From contig CAYZVQ010000002.1 in the NCBI GenBank assembly GCA_964481925.1, forward strand, positions 3,867 to 67,866: a DNA stretch of 64,000 bases, in the 5' to 3' direction. Source of the DNA: an uncultured Acidimicrobiaceae bacterium (GTDB lineage: Bacteria; Actinomycetota; Acidimicrobiia; Acidimicrobiales; Palsa-688). Below, in pieces: positions 52,361 to 61,074 of the stretch. A model generated the notes under the pieces. The model did no database searches. It was not told where the DNA came from and was given only the letters and a program-made list of their open reading frames with translations. A program made the translations under genes and the position numbers. Numbering within the stretch: position 1 is the stretch's first letter; every line of letters begins with the position of its first letter.

Positions 52361-53964
52361 GAAATCACGGGTGCCCGGACCTGGCGGCACGGCTCGAAAT
52401 GGCGGGCATGGAGGCCCGGGTCATCGACACCCACTCCGACCTGAACACGGACATTGAATACCTGTTCGTGAGGGTGTCGGGTGAGCGCTACCCGCCCGTC
52501 CTGGCCCGTGCGGCCGAGCTCGATATCCCCACCACCGTGGTGGTCGACGTGCTCAGCACGTGGGCGCTGGCGGAACTGTTGCTCCGGAACCCCAACGTCG
52601 AGGAAATCCTTGAGGACGCCACCCTGGGCTCGCTCGACCTGGAGCGCGTACGAGGCACCGTCGCCATGCGCACCGCCGTCGGCCACGGTTTTCGGATCGG
52701 CACCCTCCTGGCCATGCCTGACGATCCCGAGGGTTACGAGGCGCGGCGTTATCTCTCGTTTGTCTCACCGGCGATGGCGGGCTTCTTACGGGAACTTCGT
52801 GCCGCGCTCGGACAGATGGTAAGGCCCCGCCCACCTATCCCCTGGGACCCCACGGACGGCCATGACCCAGTCGAAATAGTGGAGAAAAGTGGTGAGCCGC
52901 ACACTCAGGCCCCCTATAACCTCTCGGACCTCGTTCGTCATGCCAAGAAACCCTGGGCGCGAGAAGTCCTGAGCGCGGCCGATGAACGCCGGTGGCAGCC
53001 CCTGCCACCACCGCTGTTGCTGCTCGGAGAAAGCGGCACCGGCAAAAGCCTTGTGGCCCGGCTCATCCACGAGCAACTAACCGATGCCGTCTCGGACAAA
53101 CGATTGCGTGGGTGCCTTGTACCGGTGAACACCGCGGCCATGGACACCCGCAACTTCGACTACGAGCTGTTCGGAGCGGCCCAAGGCACATGGAACGAGG
53201 TCGACTATCGCGTCGGTGCCATCACCCAGGCCGCCTATGGCACCGTCTTTTTCGACGAGATAGGCGACATGCCCGTCCCGGCCCAGAGCCGCCTGCTGAC
53301 GTTTTTCAACGACTTAGCGGTCAAGATCGAGGGTGCCCGGGCCTTTTTCAGCTTCACCCACGTCCTGGCCGCTACTAACCGTGACCTTGACCATCTTGTC
53401 ACTTCAGGCCGCTTCAAGCACGACCTGTTGGCGCGGTTCCGTTGCCGCGTGACCCTTCCGCCCCTTCGCCAGCGCTCCGCGGACGAGCTCCGGCGGCTGG
53501 TCGATTTCGTGGCCCAGGACCCCGCGGTCAACCCTCGCAGCCCGAGACATGAGCCGGGCACCTCCAGGGCCGAACGTCTCGTCACGCATATTTCCGAGGA
53601 CGCCATGTCCCTCGTGCTCGGTCACCGCTACAGCGAGGGCAATTTCAGGGAGCTCGAAGAGATCATCCATACCGGGATCTGGCGTGCTCGTGGGGCCAAT
53701 AGCCGCACCCTGGAACCCGACCACCTAGAGCTTCGACCCCAGCGGTTCCGTCCCGATGCCGACCGCCGCGTGATCAACGTGCGAGCGCTGCCGGCGGCGC
53801 CGAAAGGAGCGGTCTTCGTCGAGAACATCGACGAGATCAGCCGCTATGCCGACCTGCGCAATTGTCCGATCCTGCGAGCCGGTGGCATTTACGCCATCAT
53901 CGACGGCGACCTCCATCTACGCTTCGGTCCTGTCCCTGAGGCCAACGGTCACGCCGAGCGTTGA
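52351..53964 (+). CDS. bEBP-like (sigma54-interaction-domain) AAA+ ATPase with divergent GAFTGA loop
   Basis: LLLLGESGTGKSLVARLIH (53026-53049), ELFGAAQGTWNEV in the GAFTGA position (53170-53202), GTVFFDEIGDM, VLAATNRDL..V..GRFKHDLLARFR..V.LPPLRQR. GTG at 52351 follows GGAAGGAG and overlaps the upstream stop. N-terminal receiver-like region. No obvious C-terminal Fis-type HTH. Confidence 0.75.
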   Translation: MLVGNHGCPDLAARLEMAGMEARVIDTHSDLNTDIEYLFVRVSGERYPPVLARAAELDIPTTVVVDVLSTWALAELLLRNPNVEEILEDATLGSLDLERVRGTVAMRTAVGHGFRIGTLLAMPDDPEGYEARRYLSFVSPAMAGFLRELRAALGQMVRPRPPIPWDPTDGHDPVEIVEKSGEPHTQAPYNLSDLVRHAKKPWAREVLSAADERRWQPLPPPLLLLGESGTGKSLVARLIHEQLTDAVSDKRLRGCLVPVNTAAMDTRNFDYELFGAAQGTWNEVDYRVGAITQAAYGTVFFDEIGDMPVPAQSRLLTFFNDLAVKIEGARAFFSFTHVLAATNRDLDHLVTSGRFKHDLLARFRCRVTLPPLRQRSADELRRLVDFVAQDPAVNPRSPRHEPGTSRAERLVTHISEDAMSLVLGHRYSEGNFRELEEIIHTGIWRARGANSRTLEPDHLELRPQRFRPDADRRVINVRALPAAPKGAVFVENIDEISRYADLRNCPILRAGGIYAIIDGDLHLRFGPVPEANGHAER

Positions 53965-54602
53965 TCAATGGGATCCGTCGTAACGGCTAAGCTGCGCACC
54001 TTTTCCATCATTCTCTGGACATCGAAGAGCTCGAACTTCCCCGCGACCGCCGTCCCCGCCCACCCTTCCGGTATGAATTGCAACCAGATCTGCGAGGGAT
54101 CCGGTAGCTTCTGGAACCCTCTCTTGCGGATGAGAAGAGCGCCCTCTCGTGTCGCGGTACGAGCCGCCAACACGGATGCGCATGACCTGGCAACCAGGAA
54201 GGACAGGTGGGACACAAACAGCCGCAGCGCCAGGCCACGGCGGCAGGCATTGGCGACCATCGCCAAGTAAAAACCCGCTGCCCCTTCGGCCGAGCAGAGG
54301 TGGTCGGGCTCGAGGTCGGCCCCAGACCTAATTTGGAGTGCCACGATCCGTTCGACCGCCTGCGCAGTGAGGGGGTACACGAGACTGTAGGCCAAAACCC
54401 GCAGTTCGCCCTCCCGCGGCGTCATGATGACGGCCAGCGATTCGGGGGATCTTGCCAGCCGCCGTTCCAGCACTTCGGAAGAGGGGTGTGAATGGCCGAT
54501 CAATGCGGTGCCTAGTTCAACGACCCCGGTTACAACCTCCGGCGCCGTGCCCCCGAGAAGGAGACGCTCACTCGCCGGGTTGTTCATGAGTTTGCGGCAC
54601 AT
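53949..54602 (-). CDS. hypothetical protein (possibly GNAT-like fold)
   Basis: 217-aa ORF, convergent with and overlapping by 16 nt the bEBP-like gene end. Lies downstream of the murD-like gene with a 19-nt overlap. No motif recognised with confidence. Confidence 0.4.
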   Translation of the reverse strand: MCRKLMNNPASERLLLGGTAPEVVTGVVELGTALIGHSHPSSEVLERRLARSPESLAVIMTPREGELRVLAYSLVYPLTAQAVERIVALQIRSGADLEPDHLCSAEGAAGFYLAMVANACRRGLALRLFVSHLSFLVARSCASVLAARTATREGALLIRKRGFQKLPDPSQIWLQFIPEGWAGTAVAGKFELFDVQRMMEKVRSLAVTTDPIDQRSA

Positions 54603-55927
54603 TCTTTCATCGCTCGACGAAAGGCGTTGGCGCGATCTCGGTAGTCCGCAAACCTCCCGAAGCTAGGAGCCGCAGGCGACAACAGCACGACGCCGTCCGG
54701 ACGGGCCCACGCAAAAGCGTCCCGCACCCCGTCCTCCAGGCTCTTGCTCTCGGTCAGGGCCAGGGTCAGGGTTAGGGGACTTGGTAACGATTGTGAACAC
54801 AAGGCGGCGCGAATTCGCCACCCATTGTCAGGCAAAGTCATCACGTGCACCGGAGCGGGGCGGCGGCACAGGTACTCCGCGAGCGGGCCGTAGTCGATGC
54901 CCCGGTCGAACCCACCCACCAACAAGGCGACGCGCCTACCTCCGAACGAGTCGAGCGCGGCGATCGTTGGCAGCACGTTCGTGGACAAACTATCGTCCAC
55001 AAATTCCACGTCGCCAATTCGGCCGATGGTCTGCAACCTGCTCGGCAAGGGGACGAATTCGCCGGCGGCGCGTTCCATCGTCTGGGAGTCGGCCGCCTCG
55101 GGCACCCCCGCCTCCAACAAGCAGGCGCGGGCGATGGCCGCGTTCATCCGATTGTGTTCGCCCCGAAGACCAAGAGCATCGGACCACCCGGTGCCCCTCG
55201 CCTCGTCCTGCCCGACCCACCTCGCTCGCGGCAGCAGAGGTTGCCGTTCCCGCAGTTCAGCGTCGCACCCATTGAGGACGGCGACGGCGACCCCTGGGAG
55301 CTCACAGAGAGAAAGCTTGTCCGCAAAGTACCGGTCCACACGGTCTGCGTGCCAATTCAGGTGGTCTGGGCTGAGAGAAGTGACGGCAACTATCCGCGGT
55401 CCCGACCAAAGGTCAAGGACCTGATAGCTGGAGGTCTCGATGACCCACCAATCGAAGTCCCCGGGAGCCGCTTCGGGGTCGTAGGGGACCATGCCGAGAT
55501 TGCCACCGACGAATGTCCTATACCCAAGACCCTTCAGGAGGTGGCCCATGATCGAAACCGTCGTTGACTTACCCTTGGTGCCCGTTACCATCAGTACACG
55601 ACCAGGGCCCATTTCCTCCATCCACAAACCCAGTCCGCCGACCACGGCAACGCCGCGGCGCTCGAGTTCCCCGACGTCCGCACGGTAGCGGCTAATGCCC
55701 GGGGACTTCAAGACAAAACGGCACCCGTAGAGCGCCTCGAGACCGCCATCAGCGGTGGCGAGCACGGGGACCTCATCTTCGCGGGACGGCTCGTCGTCGA
55801 CCACCAGTGGTTCGGTGCCAAGGGACCGGAGCTTACGGAGGTTGGCGCGGCCCTCGACGCCGAAGCCCCATATGCCGACTGGAGCGCCGGCGAGGTCAGA
55901 CCAGCGAGCCGGTGGGCTGGACGGCAT
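54584..55927 (-). CDS. Mur ligase, MurD-like (candidate MurD2, UDP-MurNAc-L-Ala:L-Glu ligase)
   Basis: N-terminal Rossmann VGIWGFGVEGRANLRKL, P-loop VTGTKGKSTT, and central/C-terminal Mur ligase domains (SPDHLNWH, DDS.STN). Not in a dcw cluster. Coupled to a 450-aa PP-loop protein. Confidence 0.7.
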   Translation of the reverse strand: MPSSPPARWSDLAGAPVGIWGFGVEGRANLRKLRSLGTEPLVVDDEPSREDEVPVLATADGGLEALYGCRFVLKSPGISRYRADVGELERRGVAVVGGLGLWMEEMGPGRVLMVTGTKGKSTTVSIMGHLLKGLGYRTFVGGNLGMVPYDPEAAPGDFDWWVIETSSYQVLDLWSGPRIVAVTSLSPDHLNWHADRVDRYFADKLSLCELPGVAVAVLNGCDAELRERQPLLPRARWVGQDEARGTGWSDALGLRGEHNRMNAAIARACLLEAGVPEAADSQTMERAAGEFVPLPSRLQTIGRIGDVEFVDDSLSTNVLPTIAALDSFGGRRVALLVGGFDRGIDYGPLAEYLCRRPAPVHVMTLPDNGWRIRAALCSQSLPSPLTLTLALTESKSLEDGVRDAFAWARPDGVVLLSPAAPSFGRFADYRDRANAFRRAMKECAANS

Positions 55928-57248
55928 CAGCGTCTGGGTAGGGCACGGGGAGGCTCAGAAGACGAATGGCAGAGCGGCGTGCGCTGTCGCGGACGCTTCC
56001 CAGCTCCTGGACCAACATGGTGAGAACAGGGTCGCCCCTTCGGTCCGGGCGCTCGAAAGCCAGCACGGCCGCCGCTTGGCACTCCTCCACGTCGCCGACG
56101 CACTCCCACGGCTTGGCATCTGGTGAGACGCCGACAAGGGTACGGAAGCGGTCAACCAAGGACTTGTCCCGCAGTGGCTCCTGGCCCGAGAAGACGACCG
56201 CGAGCTCTTGGGCCGAGAGGAACGGGGCCAGGACCAGGTCGATGAAACAACATTTGTCGCATATGCCGCACCAGTCGTCGAGCCGCTGACGCGGGTCGAG
56301 GTGGAATGCTCGGTTGCAGCTGCGGAAAACTCCGTGGTAAGGCCGGGCGCTGGCAAAACGTCGGGCGATCCACAGTTCGCTATAGGGCCGCAGGAGGGAA
56401 AAGCACTCAAACCCGGGGCCGACGGCGTTGCTGACGACCTGGGAGAAAAGTCGCTCGAACTCGGCGCTCTTTGACCACTGATGGTTTACTACCCCATGGT
56501 CGGTCTCGACGTTCCCAGATGAGGCCGACTGCTCGTTCGACATCACAACCTGGCTGCGCCCGTCCAGCAGAGCAGCCAGGACTGCGACGGCGGAAATGAT
56601 CCCGGTAACCGGCACATGGCCTCGCAGGACGCCTTCGGCGGGAGCCAGCACCTTAGGGTCGAGCGAGCGTTCGGCGCGCAATATCGGGAGGCCGGTAACG
56701 GCAGCCGCTCGCTCGATCGCCGCGAACCGGTCGCCGGGTGGGTTGACGACGAAGAGGGCGGGCGTCGGCAGTTTGTTCCGCACCAACTCCACCGTGACGA
56801 CCGAGTCGAGGCCTCCGCCGAAAGGAACAAGCATGCCTGAGCGATGTTGAGGCTCGGCCCGGTGATCAGGCATCTCGGCGCCGCCGACGAAGGCGACCTC
56901 GCTCAGGTCCAACCCGTTTTTGAGGGCGAACTCGCCGAGCCCGTTGACGAAGAAGCTTTGAAGAAAGTCGAGCTCGCCAGGCAGGACGGGCGTGCACGCC
57001 AGGTCGACTACGGGGGGAGCCGCCATCTTGTAGTAAGAAACGCCCGCGAGCAGGTACACGAGCCTCGCCGCCTGCTGTGCACCAGCGCTCCAGGCCAGGC
57101 CGGGCCCGAGTTGAACGGTCTCGACGAAGTCGAGGGGGCCCAGCCTGTAGGTGCACCGTAGACGCCCCGCTTCGGAGTCGACGCTGAACCCGCTGTATGT
57201 GAAGATCTCTCCCAGACGCACCCGATCGGTCATCGCCGAGTCGATCAT
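55896..57248 (-). CDS. PP-loop (adenine-nucleotide alpha-hydrolase-like) protein, candidate MurL-type epimerase
   Basis: FGGGLDSVVT (SGGxDS-like PP-loop), Cys cluster CNRAF...CGICDKCCF, 450 aa. 32-nt overlap with the downstream murD-like gene. The size and pairing fit the MurD2/MurL pathway described in Xanthomonas. The family call is from memory only. Confidence 0.45.
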   Translation of the reverse strand: MIDSAMTDRVRLGEIFTYSGFSVDSEAGRLRCTYRLGPLDFVETVQLGPGLAWSAGAQQAARLVYLLAGVSYYKMAAPPVVDLACTPVLPGELDFLQSFFVNGLGEFALKNGLDLSEVAFVGGAEMPDHRAEPQHRSGMLVPFGGGLDSVVTVELVRNKLPTPALFVVNPPGDRFAAIERAAAVTGLPILRAERSLDPKVLAPAEGVLRGHVPVTGIISAVAVLAALLDGRSQVVMSNEQSASSGNVETDHGVVNHQWSKSAEFERLFSQVVSNAVGPGFECFSLLRPYSELWIARRFASARPYHGVFRSCNRAFHLDPRQRLDDWCGICDKCCFIDLVLAPFLSAQELAVVFSGQEPLRDKSLVDRFRTLVGVSPDAKPWECVGDVEECQAAAVLAFERPDRRGDPVLTMLVQELGSVRDSARRSAIRLLSLPVPYPDADAVQPTGSLV

Positions 57249-57345
57249 ACCGGGGGGAGGCCCGCGGCGTTGCGGTCACAGCACCAGGATGCTACGGTCC
57301 GCCCCATCGCGCCGCGGCTTGGCCGCTGACTGAAAAGCCGGGATT

Positions 57346-60012
57346 TTGGTTTCTTTGGGTTTAATCGACGGCCATTGGCCGGTGTGGTCCCCGCCGCCGG
57401 ACGTCCGCGACGCGGCGCGCACAGGCTATGGCCACATTGCTTGTTTCGTCTCGGTCCCCTCGCTACGGGGGCTGCGCGGGTTGTCCTTTGGGTGGGGCGA
57501 GGAAGCGCGCCGCGCCGATCCTTCGGACCTGGTCTACGCCAACCGGACGATCGCTCGGCACCTCTACAACCAGTTGCGAGACTGCAAGACCCGTTACGAC
57601 CGGGAACCGTGGTACTTGGGTCGGGGCCAACGGCTGCGGGACCCGGGGTGGACACTGGCGCCCGGCGAGAGCGGGACCTGCATGGACCTGGCCATCCTCT
57701 TCGCCGCCATGTGCCTGCGCGAGGGCTTGGCACCGTACCTAGTGATGATGCGCAGCACCGAGGCCGCTCACGCCATGGTCGCACTCGACCTGGCACGGGC
57801 CCCGGACGAGCGGACGGTCTCGCGGGGCCCCAAAGGAGCCGAAGGGGACCTGGCCCCGGGGATGTACCGGGTCGAGGGCGCCAGCGCCATGGCCGCCGAC
57901 GCCGACCTTCTGCTTATCGATTGCGTGTTGGCTACCAGGAGCCATGCCTTGGAGTTCGACGACGCCGCGGCCAAGACGAGGTCCGTGATAGGTGCGTCTG
58001 ACGACTTTGACATTCGTTTGGTCGACATTGCTACCAGGCAGGCGAGTGGGGACACTGAGCTCGACGCACCGCTGACCCGGTCCGCCCTGCGCCGCCGACT
58101 GCCTACGCCGGGACGGCCGCTGACGCGCTTCGCGTCTCGCCAGGCCATAACCGACCAGCTTTTGCAACCGCGAGGGCGGATAGTGCTGCTCGGCCAGCCC
58201 GGAGTGGGGAAAAGCGCACTGGCCAGAGATGCAGCGGCCCGCGTTGACGAGGGTGTCGGCTGGTTTCTCAGCGCCACCAACAAAACGGCGCTGGTTGCCG
58301 CGTTGGCTGAGTCCGAGCTCGACGAGAATGGCCAGCCGGCGCGGGGCGGCGAGGCGGTCGACCCGGCGCCATTTGCCCGAGCGGCCCTGAGACGGCTCAG
58401 CCTGGCGACAACCGCGTGGGCAGTCGTCATCGACAACGCCGACCGGGAGCCGCGAGAGATCGAAACGCTCCTGCCCAGACCCAACCCCGCGGCCGGCCAG
58501 GCCCTCATCATCACCTCAACCAATGACAAGTGGCGTGATTGGGGCGCCGAGGTCATCGACGTCGAGCCCTTGGACGCGGAGGAGTCGGTGGCGCTGTTGG
58601 AAAGCGAAGCCCTGGTCGAGCTCGCAGGTGGCAGGCCACTTCTCACCCAAGCGTTCACTTCCGCCCGCCGTCACCTGGAGCTTGCTCCCGACGAGCTCGC
58701 CGCCCAGCTCAGGCATGTGCTCGACCTCGCGGCCGCGACCGCGGGGCCAGCCGCCTTCTGGGCGCTCCTGACGCGCCGCCTCGACCTCGGTGCACTGAAG
58801 GCGGCGAGGTTGATGGCGTGGCTCGTCCCCGAAGGAACGCCATGGGAGGTCCTGGCCGCATGCGGCGTACCGGAGAGCGCGATGCGAGAGCTTCACGCCG
58901 TGGGCCTGACGGGCGACGTTGTCGAGGATGGCGGGCGCGAAGCCACGCTTCACCGTCTGTTTGGCCAGGTCATCCGCGACGACCTCCGACAGGACCGTCG
59001 CGCCGGACTGGTGGCCGTCGAGTTGCTCGGCACGCCAGCCATTCGCGCCCTGCTGATGTCGCGAGGCGACGGGACGATCACCAAGGAGCTCGCCAAGGCC
59101 TTGACAGACGGCGAAGAACTCTCTGCCCGTGGGCAGGCTGAGCTCGGTATGGCGTTGTGGGCCCTGGGCACTCTCCAGGAGATGTTCGAGACGACCAAGG
59201 TTTCAGCCGCCTCGTTCAAAGCCGCTATGATGCATTTGCGGGAGGACCATCCGGACGACCGCCCGCTCATCGCCGACTGTCTTCACGGCCAGGCTCGCGA
59301 CGTCAACCAGCACCGGTACGAAGACGCCGGCGCCGTGGTCGAAGCGCGCCGTTGGGTGCAACGGGCGTTAGAACTGCGTGACCAGAGCGACGCGGCCGGC
59401 AAGAGCCGCCATCGCGCTCTCGATGGCCTGCTGCAGCAGCGCTATGCGACCAACGCGTTGCCTTTTGGCAGCCCTGAGCAGGTGAGCGAACTCCAAGGCG
59501 CTCTCAAGCTTGTGGACCAGTCCTGGCGGGAGCGCCGGGAGGTGCTCGGCGCCGACGATCTACTCGTCGACCGGGCCTTGTTCAACCGGGGTGGGGTCCG
59601 GATCGACCTGGCCCAGCGTGACCGCGAACACGCCGCGGACTACCTCAGGGTTGCCGACGAAGTCTACCGGGCGACCCTACAGACACGGTCGTGGGCGTAC
59701 GGCGACCCCCACCCGCTGACGGCGGCGTCCCACCACGGGGTGGCGTTGACATGCTATTACCGCGCCTTGCTCGACGACCCGTCGGAGGCGGACGCCTTCC
59801 TGGTCGAGGCGACCCGGGAAGCCAATATTTCCCTGGAACAGAGGCACGAAACTGACGGCGGGACCGACGGCAACGACGCCTCCAAGTCGGCTCGGTTGCT
59901 CGGCAAGATCGCCCTGTTGCGGTGGCAGCTCAGCTGTGGCGATGACCTGCGGAAGGTTTTTGACGAAATCGAACGCGAGCGGGGGACGGGGCCGGCGCCA
60001 AACGCTGGGTAG
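57346..60012 (+). CDS. transglutaminase-like cysteine peptidase domain - STAND (NB-ARC-like) NTPase - TPR protein
   Basis: N-terminal GESGTCMDLAILFAAMCLREGLAP....AAHAMVALDL (Cys 57679-57681, His, Asp). P-loop VLLGQPGVGKSALA (58192-58218). Walker B AVVIDNAD. C-terminal helical/TPR-like repeats. TTG start at 57346 is uncertain. Confidence 0.75.
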   Translation: MVSLGLIDGHWPVWSPPPDVRDAARTGYGHIACFVSVPSLRGLRGLSFGWGEEARRADPSDLVYANRTIARHLYNQLRDCKTRYDREPWYLGRGQRLRDPGWTLAPGESGTCMDLAILFAAMCLREGLAPYLVMMRSTEAAHAMVALDLARAPDERTVSRGPKGAEGDLAPGMYRVEGASAMAADADLLLIDCVLATRSHALEFDDAAAKTRSVIGASDDFDIRLVDIATRQASGDTELDAPLTRSALRRRLPTPGRPLTRFASRQAITDQLLQPRGRIVLLGQPGVGKSALARDAAARVDEGVGWFLSATNKTALVAALAESELDENGQPARGGEAVDPAPFARAALRRLSLATTAWAVVIDNADREPREIETLLPRPNPAAGQALIITSTNDKWRDWGAEVIDVEPLDAEESVALLESEALVELAGGRPLLTQAFTSARRHLELAPDELAAQLRHVLDLAAATAGPAAFWALLTRRLDLGALKAARLMAWLVPEGTPWEVLAACGVPESAMRELHAVGLTGDVVEDGGREATLHRLFGQVIRDDLRQDRRAGLVAVELLGTPAIRALLMSRGDGTITKELAKALTDGEELSARGQAELGMALWALGTLQEMFETTKVSAASFKAAMMHLREDHPDDRPLIADCLHGQARDVNQHRYEDAGAVVEARRWVQRALELRDQSDAAGKSRHRALDGLLQQRYATNALPFGSPEQVSELQGALKLVDQSWRERREVLGADDLLVDRALFNRGGVRIDLAQRDREHAADYLRVADEVYRATLQTRSWAYGDPHPLTAASHHGVALTCYYRALLDDPSEADAFLVEATREANISLEQRHETDGGTDGNDASKSARLLGKIALLRWQLSCGDDLRKVFDEIERERGTGPAPNAG

Positions 60013-60062
60013 GTACCCGCGGATGAGGGTTCGGTAAAAACGGCGCGACGGCTGGTGCCGGC

Positions 60063-61061
60063 CTACGAGGGCCCGGAAAAGGTCACCGAGGCGGCAGCCG
60101 AGCGCAGGGCCCTGACCGCTCGGATAGCGGAGCGCACCTCCTGAAGGTAGTTGGCCGGGGTGAACGACTGGCGCAGCGCGCCCAGGCTCGCCTTGGCGGC
60201 GTCGAGACCTACCGTCTCGACGGCACAGCCATATCGCAGCGTCAAAATCCTTACGGCGTCGACGTGCTGTTGAGGAAGGTAGATGGTCGAAGTGACCAAC
60301 AGCACAACGTCATCCTCGCTCAGGTGGGCACAGTTCTCGGCCCAGTAGCCGTACGTGTCGGCGGTGTTGGCGCGCCGCGAGGTCGGGTCGCTTGACGGGG
60401 CAACGATTAGCCGGACTTCCAGCCGGTCCGTCACCCACGTGCGGACCAGGCTCGTGGCAAATTCGCCTCCAAGACCGTTACCGGGCTCGTCGTCCACCGC
60501 CCGGCCGAGCTTGAACGCCCTGACCAACCCCTCCTCCATCACCTGCATTTCGTTTTGCTTGGCTTTGAGGCCTAGTTGTTCGATCAGCCCGTGCTCGTCG
60601 CCTCCGAGGGGACGATATGCGCTCAAGGCACTTACAGAGCGGGTGCGGATCCCGGACTGCACCAGTTCTGCGGCGCGGACCGGGCGTAGCAGGCAGGCCC
60701 GGACAAGTCCGCCCAGGACGAGAACGTGGCTGTAGGAGCGGCGAGAAGGCGGGAGTGGATCCGTCATCCCGAGAGCTTCAGCGGCGCTCATTATGGTCCG
60801 GGTTGTGGGCTCGTCGAACTCTGCGGCGCGAGCCAGGTTCCGTTCCTGGCCGCCGCGAAAGTCCCAGTGCTCGGCTGAGAAATGGTCCAGCCAATCGAGC
60901 ATGTCGGCCGTCGGCCGGGGTTCAGGGTCGCCACCGAAACAAGACACGAGCGCGGCGAGGGCGGGATTGCCAACCCAGTCGTCGATGCTTTTCAGCAACG
61001 CTCCGGGCGCCCGCGCCGTGGTGCCCCAGCCCGGTGGCTTTATGGTGTCAGAGCGGCTCAT
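60063..61061 (-). CDS. hypothetical protein between the STAND and CHAT genes
   Basis: 332-aa ORF with good GC3, ending 13 nt downstream of the CHAT gene. No family recognised (HVLVLGGLVRACL Rossmann-like strand-loop). Confidence 0.5.
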   Translation of the reverse strand: MSRSDTIKPPGWGTTARAPGALLKSIDDWVGNPALAALVSCFGGDPEPRPTADMLDWLDHFSAEHWDFRGGQERNLARAAEFDEPTTRTIMSAAEALGMTDPLPPSRRSYSHVLVLGGLVRACLLRPVRAAELVQSGIRTRSVSALSAYRPLGGDEHGLIEQLGLKAKQNEMQVMEEGLVRAFKLGRAVDDEPGNGLGGEFATSLVRTWVTDRLEVRLIVAPSSDPTSRRANTADTYGYWAENCAHLSEDDVVLLVTSTIYLPQQHVDAVRILTLRYGCAVETVGLDAAKASLGALRQSFTPANYLQEVRSAIRAVRALRSAAASVTFSGPS

Positions 61062-61074
61062 TGTCTATGCCCGT

